A stretch of 63,868 nt of DNA, the filler included, from Octopus bimaculoides (Eukaryota): the NCBI RefSeq assembly GCF_001194135.2. It is 5 parts of 5 records of this genome, joined end to end, with 100 filler letters (N's around TTAATTAATTAA, not from the genome) between each part and the next. Parts side by side here need not be neighbours in the genome. Positions count along the whole stretch, not along the records: positions 1 to 14,084 come from NC_069008.1; positions 14,185 to 27,710 come from NC_068997.1; 3 more parts are not named here. One strand, given 5' to 3'. The translations under genes and the position numbers were made by a program. The notes beneath the pieces are model-generated. The model did not search any database. It saw nothing but the letters and a program-made list of their open reading frames with translations, and had not been told where the DNA came from. Shown in pieces: positions 11,396 to 24,464 of the stretch (position 1 is its first letter; each line of letters begins with the position of its first letter).

Positions 11396-11640
11396 AAAAT
11401 CAAAATAAGCAACAAGGATATCCAAAGTTAATGCAGTACAACCGTTTCATACAACTCCATTTATTTAAGCAATGTGAACATTACATCAAATGTAAAATGC
11501 TAATTAATAGTGAATTATTTCCTCACTCATTTAATAATTCTCCTGTCTGATGTAATGTTCACATTGCTTAAATAAATGGAGTGTCATGAAACGATCATAT
11601 TGCATTAACTTTGGATATCCTTGTTGCTTATTTTGATTTT
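11396..11640. mobile_element. MITE-like inverted-repeat element (~93-bp arms) carrying a captured WDR83 exon/donor fragment
   Basis: Arms 11396-11488 and 11548-11640 are near-identical reverse complements. 11515-11549 is the exact reverse complement of 12910-12944. Confidence 0.8.
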
Positions 11641-11735
11641 CATCACCTTATTCTGGGATTGTATGGATAATACCATACTTAATTCTGGTGCCTAAACTTA
11701 AGTACCATATTCACCTTGAATCTAAATTTATATAG

Positions 11736-11811
<76 letters not shown>

Positions 11812-12269
11812 GCCTGGTGCAGCCTCTTGGCTTGCCAGTTCTCAGTCAAACCATCCAACCCATGCCAGCATGGAAAGCAGACGTTGATGACAGTGTTGAT
11901 GTTTTTACATCCCCATAACTTAGCAGTTGGGCAAAAGAGACTGATAGAACTAGGCTTAAAAAAATTAGTCCTGGGGTCAATTCATTCGACTCAAAACTCT
12001 TCAATATGATGCCCCAGCTTGGCCACAGTCAAATGACTGAAACAAGTAAAAGATGAAAGATGTATGTATCTGTATATTATGTGTATAATGTATACGCAAT
12101 GTGTACGTGTACATAAATGTGTATGTGTACATGTACATAAATGTGTATTTGTACATGTACATAAATGTGTATGTGTGTAGATACCTATTTGTGTGTATGT
12201 GTCTGTGTGGGTGATGTGTATGTGTTTGAATGTGCATAAGGTATATGAATGATTACACTGTGTAATGTG

Positions 12270-13186
12270 ATTTTTGTCCTAATGTAGCAACTGTTATTGC
12301 CTATTTGCTTACCATTAGAAAGTATGAAAAAATGGCTAATATTTCCTTCAAACTTTGTCTTTGTTAAATTTATTCAAACCGCAAAGAGTCCCTCGTAACA
12401 CATGGCTATCATTCTCCCCAACTGCTCCTACTCATCATCAGAGATGCAGAAATTGTCAGCCATAAAGGGACATGCTCAAGCAGTTAAGGTCAAATAAATA
12501 ACTGACAAACAGATCCGTGGTATCGAGCAGAATATTTGCTATATTTGTGATATTTCTGCTTCAGCAACTCAGCACTGAATCTGAAATGTAATGGAAAATA
12601 GGTCAGTTTCAGAATATTGATGTCCAGGTTACAAAAAAGCAAAGTTTGAAGGGAATAGTAGTCATTTCCTTTGATTTCTAGACAGAAGAAAATACGAAAT
12701 AGCACTCACTGACCAAAGACGAAAAAAAAAATTAAAAAATAAAATAAAATTTTGTTACACAGCATTATAGTTTGGTGTAGATGCAATCCCTCTTCATGTA
12801 TTTTTCATCAACTCTGCTTCCAGAAACAATCACCTGTGTGACCTTCACGAAAGACAACCAGTGTGTCCTTGCAAGTTCCCTTGATGGTCTTTTACGACTC
12901 TTTGATAAACAGACAGGAGAATTATTAAATGAGTGAGGAAATAAGTTACTAATTAATTAGCAGCTATTTAGTTCAATAATGAACATCATTCATTGTTATT
13001 ATTGTTTGTTGCTATTGTTGTTGTTGTTGTTGTTGTCATTTTAGCCCCAGGCCAGTCTTGAACTGTGACCTTCTCACTTTTATTCTCACACATTGTCTAT
13101 CTCGGACCATATCATCTACTGTGTCCTTTCTTGTTGTTGTCGTTTTTTAGCCCCAGGCCAGACCTGATCCAGCAGACCTACGATCA
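12270..13186 (+). repeat. Right (source) arm of the inverted duplication, containing the functional exon
   Basis: See partner 992-1872. Confidence 0.88.
12824..12932 (+). CDS. WDR83: WDR83 internal coding exon (phase 1 to phase 2); last one visible before the scaffold spacer
   Basis: cttccag|...GA|gtgagg. Translates KTITCVTFTKDNQCVLASSLDGLLRLFDKQTGELLNE (human SPITCTCFSRDGQCTLVSSLDSTLRLLDKDTGELLGE). C-terminal exons were not found. Confidence 0.93.
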
Positions 13187-13291
13187 ATTTAATTACCTCT
13201 CTCTATTCCATGCTCCTTCCACATTCAACAGCCTCTCATAATAGTACTTCCATGCCACTTTCTTCTCTTCTATATCAATAGCATGTATGTC

Positions 13292-13510
13292 TACGAGGGG
13301 GGTACTGAAAAGTTCCTGGCTTTGGGTGAAAGAAACTATTGGAGGATCACTTAATTATAATTTTATTCAACATATCCCCCTCTCAGGTTCACACACTTAT
13401 TGCAGTGTCCCTTCAGTTTTTCTAATCCCTGTAAAAGAACTCAGAAGGTTGGGCCTCCAACCAGGCTTTCCCAATATCCTGAAAGCCAGGAACTTTTTTG
13501 CACCCCCTCA
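13292..13510 (-). mobile_element. Mariner-derived MITE
   Basis: ~30-bp TIRs (tacgaggggggtactgaaaagttcctggcttt / aaagccaggaacttttttgcaccccctc). The minus strand keeps a decayed transposase C-terminus (..CNKCVNLRG..VE). Confidence 0.75.
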
Positions 13511-14084
13511 CACACCATTCCAAATTCCCTTCTCATCAATGACATCTTGGTTCCCTCTCACACACTGTCTCACATTCCTGAACACTTCACCCCTTTGATC
13601 CTCATGTGGCACTGAGCTGGCAGAATCATTAGCATGTCAGGCAAAATGTTTAGCAGCATTTCATCTGGCTCTTTATGTTCTGAGTTCAAATTCTGCTGAG
13701 ATCAACTCTGCCTTTCATTGTTTCAAGGTCAATAAGGTAGGTACCAGGAAGACATTTTTGCTTTCTTTATATTTTCTATTTATTATTCTCTATTTTTTCT
13801 TCTCTCTTCTTCCTTTTCTTCCTTCTTCTACCATCCCTAGAAACCCTCTCAAAACAATACAGTAAGAAGTAAACAAGCTTTTAACCCCCCCCCTTTTTTT
13901 TTGACACTCCTTAAAAAGACCATTTCAATACAATGGCCCTTCTCTCTCTCTTTTACCACATCCATCTCTCTATCTGTCTGACTATCAGTCTATCTATCTA
14001 TCTCTCTATCTGCCTGTCTATTTATCTATCTGCTTATACATCTTCCATTGTCTCCAAAGCCTCACCCCCAAAAAACAAAAAAAC

Positions 14085-14184
14085 NNNNNNNNNNNNNNNN
14101 NNNNNNNNNNNNNNNNNNNNNNNNNNNNTTAATTAATTAANNNNNNNNNNNNNNNNNNNNNNNNNNNNNNNNNNNNNNNNNNNN
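14085..14184. other. Artificial 100-bp scaffold spacer N44-TTAATTAATTAA-N44
   Basis: Identical spacers at 27711-27810, 38947-39046 and 62125-62224. The 12-mer gives stops in all six frames. Confidence 0.9.
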
Positions 14185-14243
<59 letters not shown>

Positions 14244-14299
14244 ATATCAAAAAATTAAATGATATCTCATCAATACATTGGGGAGATATCATTATAGGA

Positions 14300-14605
14300 A
14301 CACATATAATACAATAGAGTGCACAAGAGCACAATACAATGTAAATACAGTACACAGTATTACAGTACAAGACAATACAATGCGACACATAGAGAGCAGC
14401 ATAATATTATAATACGGTACAATAGAAATACAATATTCACAATAAATATGACACTGTAAAATAGTGTAGTGGACAGTATAATATGGTGCACCGCAGTGCA
14501 ATAGATTTCAGCGTAATGCAACACAATATAACACTGTATTACACAGAATAATACAATATTGCATATTATACTATAATATAGTATAATACAATACAGAAAA
14601 TATAT
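14300..14605. repeat. Degenerate pentanucleotide (AAYAC-like) satellite
   Basis: 5-bp periodic aatac/agtac/aatat units. Confidence 0.7.
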
Positions 14606-15476
14606 AATATAGCAGGCGAAAAGGTTTAGTTTCCGCTAACTAACATGGCGTCATTATTCTCTCTTTAAGTATGATGGATGGTTGAAATATGGCGGTGTCT
14701 TTAGTTTACAATCTGTTGCGTCTAATGACCTTATGCTAAATACAACGTACGTTTGTGTGGTAGATGGTGTATGGCTCGCTGTATGCATGTGTGGGTGTTT
14801 GTTTGTGTGTGTGTGTGNNNNNNNNNNGGGTATGTGCGTGTGTGTGTGTGAGAATGTGCATGGTAGTGTTTATGTGCGAGTGTTTTTGTGTATGCGCATT
14901 TCTGTGTGAGTGTTTATATGTTAGTGGTCGTATATATGGGGGACGGAGTGTCCATCTGAATTCGTATATATATATCTATATATGTGTGTATTTGTGTCTG
15001 TGTCTGCATGCTTGTGCATAAGTATATATACGTATGTGTGTGAATGTCTCTCTCTCTTTCTCTCTCCTTCTTTCTCTCTCCTTCTTTCTCTCTCTGTATG
15101 TATATATAGCCATACATTCTTACATACATATATATATACATATATACTATATATATAAACATACATGTATGTATGTTTTTATACATACTTATACGCATAC
15201 ATATATATAATTAAAATCCCTACATACACACAAGATTGCACGCTCACACACACACACACGCACACACACGCACACACGCACACACACAAACACAGACACA
15301 CTCAAGTACACAACAGTAGGTGCTTCAGGTAAGCAAGACTTTTGAGTTTGGGGTTAAATGTGTGTGTATGCGCGCGCATATGTGTGTGTGTGTGTATGTG
15401 TGTGTGGATATATGTATATGTATATTGTTCTTTCACCTGTCTCTATTGTTTTTTGTACAGTTTTCAAACAAATTTA

Positions 15477-15526
<50 letters not shown>

Positions 15527-16504
15527 GTATGTGTGTACATGCATAAATACGCACACATATACAAATAGATAGATACATACATACATACATACATACATGC
15601 ATACATATATACATATAAATGTGTATATGTATGGCAGCATATGTAAATGTCAGCATGTATATATATATATCAGTGTCTCTTCTAGTATTTGTGAGAGAAT
15701 GCGTACATGCATCCATGTATGTGTGTCTGGGTGCGGTCGTTCGAGCGCCGTTTGGGTTCATTGTTGCTGTTGAGGACTGACTGGGAGTGAGGGGTTGAAA
15801 AAAAGACATGTAAAGGATTAAATGTACAAAATAAAAGGGGCAATGAAAGGGAATGAGTAAAATAAGGATTGCTTTCAAAATCGAGTTACCATACCCTTAC
15901 CCAGTATTTCACTCATACGCACACTCGTACCCACATATTGACACACATGCAGACATACACACATACACACACAATCAACGCGCGCGCACGGAAGGCAATT
16001 GAATACAGGAAACAAATAAAACCAAGTTTCATCTGATTCACGAACTGTTGTATATGTCTGTATGTTCTTTTGTGTATGTGTGCGTGCGTGTGTATGTTTG
16101 TGTGTGTGTGTGTGCGTGTGTGGGAAAGTGCATGCATGTGTATGTCTCTATGTGTTTGTGTGTGTGTCTGTCTATGTGTCTGTATGCGTCTGAGTGTCTG
16201 TGTGTGTGTGCGTTTGTGTGTGTGCCCAATTCTGGGTGTTTGCATGTATGAATATATTTATATTTCTATATGTATGATACACATACAAACACACACACAT
16301 ATATATACGTACACACATATATAAATATGCACACACACACATATGTATATACATGCACGCATACATACGTACATACATAAATACAGATACGCGCGCGCGC
16401 ATGTATAGAAACAGAAAGCGAAATATTTAACACTTCCATTCAGTTAAGATCAGAAGCCATGAAAGCCACTGCCCGGTACTGTATCAGGGCATTTATTATC
16501 ATCA

Positions 16505-16572
<68 letters not shown>

Positions 16573-17546
16573 TTTATTTTTATTATTTCTCCAAATTTTT
16601 TTCCATTTCTCGCCGAGTGTTTTCCGTACACCTAGGGCAGAGAAGCTCATAGTATGCATTCCCAGTTTACACACGCAAATTCACAGGTAAAATATATATT
16701 AAAAAAAATTAATTAATAACTAAANNNNNNNNNNNNNNNNNNNNNNNNNNNNNNNNNNNNNNNNNNNNNNNNNNNNNNNNNNNNNNNNNNNNNNNNNNNN
16801 NNNNNNNNNNNNNNNNNNNNNNNNNNNNNNNNNNNNNNNNNNNNNNNNNNNNNNNNNNNNNNNNNNNNNNNNNNNNNNNNNNNNNNNNNNNNNNNNNNNN
16901 NNNNNNNNNNNNNNNNNNNNNNNNNNNNNNNNNNNNNNNNNNNNNNNNNNNNNNNNNNNNNNNNNNNNNNNNNNNNNNNNNNNNNNNNNNNNNNNNNNNN
17001 NNNNNNNNNNNNNNNNNNNNNNNNNNNNNNNNNNNNNNNNNNNNNNNNNNNNNNNNNNNNNNNNNNNNNNNNNNNNNNNNNNNNNNNNNNNNNNNNNNNN
17101 NNNNNNNNNNNNNNNNNNNNNNNNNNNNNNNNNNNNNNNNNNNNNNNNNNNNNNNNNNNNNNNNNNNNNNNNNNNNNNNNNNNNNNNNNNNNNNNNNNNN
17201 NNNNNNNNNNNNNNNNNNNNNNNNNNNNNNNNNNNNNNNNNNNNNNNNNNNNNNNNNNNNNNNNNNNNNNNNNNNNNNNNNNNNNNNNNNNNNNNNNNNN
17301 NNNNNNNNNNNNNNNNNNNNNNNNNNNNNNNNNNNNNNNNNNNNNNNNNNNNATGTGTACAGTGCACTCTTGTCTATGAAGCTGAAAAGCAGGTGTGAAG
17401 AAGGCACTTCAAGATTGCTTTGCCTTGATTGTAGATACAGTAGGCTTCCTAGGAGGACTCAGAACAGGCTCGTTGGTCGAGCACACCATCAAAGAGGAGA
17501 TTTATGGAAACACACTTTATAGAAGAAGAAGAAGAAGAAGAAGAAG

Positions 17547-17578
<32 letters not shown>

Positions 17579-17600
17579 GAAGAAGAAGAAGAAGAAGAAG

Positions 17601-17641
<41 letters not shown>

Positions 17642-18428
17642 AAACAACAATAAATGAATGAATGAGTGAAAGTAAAGACACAGAACAAGCACAATGATAC
17701 AAGAGATTTAGCAGAAAGGTGATGACGAAAGAATGATGGAAACAACAGCAATAAAAACAGCAACAACAATAATAACAATATCATCATCATTAACAACAAC
17801 AATGACCAGCAAAGCAAGGACAAGGACTGTAGTGACGTCAAGAAGACCACCACCACCAACAACAACAACAACAACAACGACGACGACGACGACGACGATG
17901 ACAAAATAGATAGGATCAGTACGAATAAATACAAAAAGAAGTAGCAAAAAGTCTCGAAGAAGAAGAATAATGAAAAACTACTAACAAAAAATAAATACGG
18001 ACAATAACTTGATTGAGAAGAAGAAATTTTAATCTTCTGAATTCTTCTCTATTTAGTTTTTATTTTTATTTCTGTTTATCTTTGGGTAATGTCTGAATTT
18101 AATAGAATCGCCGGGTTTTTTGTTTTCTCTTGTTGTTCTTGTTGTTCTTGCTGTTATTATTATTTTTTTTTTGTGGTGGTTGATGTTGTTCGTCTTTGTT
18201 TTTACGAGGAGAAATGGAGAAATATTTTAAAGAAAATTTTATTTGAAACTAAGTTTAATTTTGTTCCCTAAAAAACGATATATGAAACCTGCGGTAAGAA
18301 ACATTATAAACAAGAAACAGAATAACAACATAAACAACAGCAACAACACAAGACGAAGAGGACAAATGAGAACAGAAAGAAAATCGTTTGACCGGTATTT
18401 TAACCTCCATGAACATCTTAAAACAGAA

Positions 18429-18499
<71 letters not shown>

Positions 18500-18514
18500 A
18501 AGAGAGAGAGAGAT

Positions 18515-18571
<57 letters not shown>

Positions 18572-18899
18572 ATGAGAAGGAGAGGGAAGAAGGGTGATGC
18601 TGAAACGGGGCTAGCCTGATTGGTAAGAAGGGGAGAAATAGTGAGTGAGTAAAGAGAAAAAGAGAATATGGGAGAATAAAAAGAAGGAATTACCTAACAA
18701 GAATTTAAAACACAAGGTGAGAAGTGCAGGAAAGACATTTTTCCTGCTAGTTCAAAGTTGATCTGGGTAGTAGGGAGAGGTTTAGAATAAGTGAGCGGTG
18801 CGATGGAAGAGAAGAAGGAGAGGAAGGAACGAGTGAGGAGTGAGAGATCGAGGAAAGGCACAGATTTTATTGAGAAAAGAGAGAGAGATGGGAAGAGAA

Positions 18900-18958
<59 letters not shown>

Positions 18959-19284
18959 AAAGGAATGGTGAGTGTGTTATAATAACAATTTAAAGCTCGA
19001 TTAGATCTAAGCTGAGAACGTAAAGGTGTGGATGAGAAGAGAGAGACTATATTTTCAAGGATAACATGACATCTGTGGGGTGTGGGGTGAGATAGAGGCT
19101 TGAGAAAGACATTTTTAATCATCAAAAATAAAACTAATAATTAGTTAGGAGCAGGAGGAATTCTTGGTTTTGTTTATATATTTATTATTTACTTCTTTAT
19201 TGGTTTTGTGTTAAATTTTGAAATTAAAACTTAGGCAATTTTTTTGTGGGTGGTGAAATCTTATTTGTTTTTATATTAATTAGT

Positions 19285-19827
19285 GGTTGGCAGAATCGGT
19301 TGAGCATCGGGAAAAATGCATCGTGGCATTTATTTTGGCTCCGTACATTCTGAGTTCAAATACTGCAGAGGTCAACTTTTCAAGTCATCTTTTCGGAGTC
19401 GATAAGCCATAATACAAGCCATGTACCAGAGTTCATATAATCGACTGTGCTTCACCCATCCTGACAATGCTGGCCTTATGTCAAAATTTGAAAGAATAAT
19501 TATAATTACAATTATTAACAAGGCAGCGACTTGGCAGAACAGTTAAGACGTGGACAAAAATGCTTAGCGACACTTCGTTCGTCTTTACGATCTACGTTCA
19601 AATTCAACCGAGATCCACTTGCTTTTCATCCAATCGGGTTCGATGAAATAAATACTAAGATCGACGTAATCGACAAGTGCCTCCCATTTCTTCTTCTTTC
19701 ATCCTTTCAGGGCCGATAGATTAAGTACCTGCGAAACCCTGGGATCGATGTAATCGACTAGTGCCCTCTCCACAAATGTCAGGCCTTGTGCCTATAGCAG
19801 AAAAGATTACTATTATCATTATTTTTA

Positions 19828-19871
<44 letters not shown>

Positions 19872-20090
19872 TAAGCCAGTGAGCAGGCAGATTCGTTAGC
19901 ACGCCGGAAAAAACGCTTGCGACATTTCGTCCGTCTTTATGTTTTGTGTTCAAATTACGCTGCGGTTGACTTTGCCTTTCCTCCTTTCGAAGTCGTACGT
20001 ATTCGGCCAGCACTGAGGTCGATGTAATTGGTTTAGTCTTCCCCCAAAATTTCGGGCTTTCTGGCAAGAGTAGAAAGGATTATTATCGTT
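19285..20090 (+). mobile_element. Head-to-tail cluster of three to four SINE family A copies
   Basis: Heads at ~19288, ~19523 and ~19877, plus a 3' fragment at ~19700-19810, separated by ATT-rich tails. Confidence 0.75.
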
Positions 20091-20449
20091 ATTCAAACTT
20101 ACATTTTATTTAAATTTCAAAGTAAATGAAAAAAAAAAAAAATTCAAAGATGGAAAGATACACAAATAATGTAAAGAAAATATAAAGATAATAATAACGA
20201 GGAAGGACAAGTTATACAATGAAAAAAAAAACAATGAAAATACAATAAATACAAATAAACGAATGAAGAAATTAGCTACCGAACGAACCTGAGCCGACAA
20301 TTATTATCTCCCTTGAGTATTTACGAGTGTGCATGTGTGTAAGTGTGTGTACATGTATATGTCACATACATGTGTGTGTATACATACATGCATACATACA
20401 TATATATATATATATATACACACACATATATATGCACATATATATACAT

Positions 20450-20521
<72 letters not shown>

Positions 20522-20721
20522 GTGTGTGTGTGTGTGTGTGTGTGCCTTAAATCTCCAATTTCCTATTTCTGCATATCATTAAAATGTGTGCGATCGGATC
20601 CTTTCTTCGAATTTCATTATTTCGTATTTCGTTATTTTCAGTCGCTGAATTTCGGTAAACTAAAACGAAAATTGATTTCAAAATCCCCAGAGTCGCTATT
20701 TTAATTAACACNNNNNNNNNN

Positions 20722-20779
<58 letters not shown>

Positions 20780-22104
20780 AAACAAGAAAAATAATGTTAC
20801 TAACAACAATAAGAATATAGGTGACGATGATAATGATGATGATAGGGAGAAGAAGGACGAGGAGGGAGAAGAGGATGACGGGGAGGACGACGTCGACGAC
20901 GACGAGTTGAAAAGGTCAAGGCAGTATAATATTAATATTACTGAAGATGAATTGAAAAACATGCTTAAAAGGTAGAAACTGGGAAGCTGTTCCTGGATTT
21001 TACGCTTTTCAGGGATTCTAGCTTTAAGACCTTACAAGGAGTAACAGCTATATACAACTGTTTCTTACTGACTACATAGAAAAGGTAACATTAACATGGC
21101 AGGCAAAACGAAAGTCATTGCTGATATAGAAAGACAAAGAATAGGAAAGAAAAGCCAGTAATTTAAGACCTATTACATGCTTAATTCTGGAAATTATCAA
21201 CTGATCTCATAGTGATGTGTGCTTTGTTGTGACATACCGATATATAGCTAACAATGAATAATGCGTTCACTGATACTGCGAAAATCATGTTGGTCAGAAT
21301 AAAACTCGGTATACGCAATTGAAACAGCATTAAATTAAAATAGCTGCAAATGTAATTTACTATGTAAGATACAGAGATAGATATTACATTTTAGTGCTGT
21401 TTTAACTGCGCACACCGACATTTCTCTATTTCATAAAAATCTTTTTTTTTCTTTTTCATATATATATATATTAAACTTGCTGACGATCCATGAGATGCAA
21501 CGTACATTTTGAAATACGAAATCGCCGCCATTTCCAGGAAACCAAATTTATTGTTCAGATAACAATTTTTCTTAAACAGTTTCGCATGAGCATTAGCTAT
21601 TTTGGTGGAAAGAGATAGTAAGAGCTTAATCTGAACTAAACCCAACAGCGTCTTCTCAGCATAAAACGTAAGTAATTCGCTGCGAGTAGGATATTGTATA
21701 TAAAATATTGAGAAGCATTCAATTGTATTGAAAGCCGAATCTATACACTGCATACTTCTACGCACACACACATACGCAGGGATATAAATATACATGTGTG
21801 AGTCCCAAAAATATATTGTATAAAAATAAGGAAAGAAAAGGAAAAAAAAGAGAATATGATTGTCAACAAAGATGGCGAATTAATCGCTGGTCTGTTTGTT
21901 TAAATAAATAAATCAAATCAAATCAAATATATTGAATAAATAAACACATAACTAAACCGACAAATGAATACCAAAGATAAATAAACAAATAAATAAATAC
22001 TCGATTTCACTCAAAGCAACAAAAATGGAATAAAATATAATAATCTACAAGCACAATATATGTATATACATATACATACATATATATATATGTATATATA
22101 TGAA

Positions 22105-22162
<58 letters not shown>

Positions 22163-23446
22163 TACAAACACATACATAATCAATGAATTGCGGAACTTCC
22201 TCATTAATTATCTCCCTTTACTGCCATTATTTTTCTTCCTTCGCCACGCCTTTAACTTTGATCTTAGAAAAGAGAAGAAAAATTGGATCAGTCACCATTT
22301 TGTTTTCTTTGCTTGTAATTTTATTGTTGTTTTGTTTTGTTGTGCTTTGTTTTTGTTTTGTTTTGTTTTTTGTTATTTTTGTTCTTGCTATTGTTGTCGT
22401 TGTTTTACATTTAATTTTATTCCATTGTGTTCTCCTCTTTCTTTTCTTTCTTCTTTCGTTCTCCGTCTCCGTTGATCACTTACAGTTATGGCAATTATAT
22501 GGCGAATTAAATAAACATTTATAGTTATATTAATTTCTCGCTTGATATTCTGTCTCTTCAATCAACTCAGCCTGTAAAACGCCTTCAGATCATTACATTC
22601 GTATTACATGCATACATGTACAGACACGTGCTGCGCAGGCATACATACATGCATACACAAGCATACGCATACACATAAATATACACACACCCACATGGAC
22701 ACATGCATAGATACATAAATATACACACTGACATGAACATACACACCCACACACACAAACACATGAAATATGTACGTGCACATACACGCACGCACACATG
22801 TACGTGGGCACGTTCATACATATATACTTATATTTATACATCTATATTATCCAACCATGAATACATTTACACACACATGCAGAGAGGCACAATTATATAT
22901 ATATATATATATGTGTGTGTCTGCACGTGCGCATGCGTGTATGTAAGTATGAGGGTATATAGGTAGGTTTGTGTATGTATGTATGTATGTATGTATATAT
23001 AGCATGCGTATATAGATACTTCCAATTATACATGCATGCATGCCAAATACATACGTACATACATAAAACGCATGCATGTGTATTTGTATGTATATTTACA
23101 GACACATAATACATACATGCACACATACATACATACATAAGTACGTACGTTCGTACGCACACACATACATACATACATACATACATAAAACGTATTTCTA
23201 TGTATACTTACATACAAACATACATGTATACTTACAGATACATACATACATACATATACGCCAAATTCACTATCCTTCATTCAAGCTGAATATCATTATA
23301 CTCATTCTCTTCTTCTTCTTCTTCTTCTTCTTCTTCTTCTTCTTCTTCTTCTTCTTCTTCTCCTCCTCCTCCTTCTCCTCCTCCTCCTCCTCCTCCATAT
23401 CCTCCTCCTCCTCCTTTTTTATCATCCTCATCTTCGTTTTTTCCCC

Positions 23447-23500
<54 letters not shown>

Positions 23501-23677
23501 TTCCTTTTCTTTCTTCTTCCNNNNNNNNNNNNNNNNNNTCTTCTTCTTCTTCTTCTTCTTCTTCTTCTTCTTCTTCTTCTTCTTCTTCTTCTCCTCCTCC
23601 TCCTTCTCCTCCTCCTCCTCCTCCTCCATATCCTCCTCCTCCTCCTTTTTTATCATCCTCATCTTCGTTTTTTCCCC

Positions 23678-23731
<54 letters not shown>

Positions 23732-24426
23732 TTCCTTTTCTTTCTTCTTCCGGCACTACGTATTTTTCTCTTCTCTCTTTTAGTGTTATTTTTCTACGTT
23801 TTTTTCCTCCCTTGCTTTCTTTTTTTTTTATTACATTTCTTTATTTTCATCTCTTTATTCCATTTTATTGACATTTCTTTTTATTACTATCTTCCATCTT
23901 CTCCTCCCTCTATCCCTCTCTTCACTCCCTCAATCCTCTCATTATCTGCTTCTGCCCGTGTCTCCCTTCTTCTCTTCTTTCTCCTATCTCTCCCTACCCT
24001 CTCTCTCTCTCTCTTTCTCTTTCTCTCTCTTTCATCATCTGCTTCTGTCTTCATCTCTCCTCCTCTCTCCCGTTCTCTCTCCTCCTCTCTCCTCTCTCTT
24101 TCCTCCCCCTCTCTCTTTCTCCTCTCATCATCTGCTGTCTTTGTCTTCTCTTGCATTCTGTTGTTTATTGTCAGATCTACGATAAAACGCGTTCCATCAA
24201 TGACCATCTCCTATTTAGACAGTCAAACGGGACAGTCGTTTTATAACTTCGAATCGGAATGTCTTGCGAATTCATTCCATCTCTCTACGCAGCGAGTTCG
24301 AATCTCGCCGTGGTTAATTTTGCATTTCATCCTTTCGAACATCCAGTCAAAAACTGAAGCCAATCCTTATTCATTTAGTTAGTTACATAGATAATTAATT
24401 CGCTCTCTCTCTCACTCTTTCTCTCA

Positions 24427-24464
<38 letters not shown>

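Noticed and set aside
23290-23750. Exact ~230-bp tandem duplication of a compound microsatellite
   Set aside because: The two identical copies flank an N gap, typical of an unmerged contig overlap.
24175-24246. Possible terminal exon IYDKTRSINDHLLFRQSNGTVVL* after a tcag acceptor
   Set aside because: No recognisable homology or partner exon, and the polypyrimidine tract is just a CT microsatellite.
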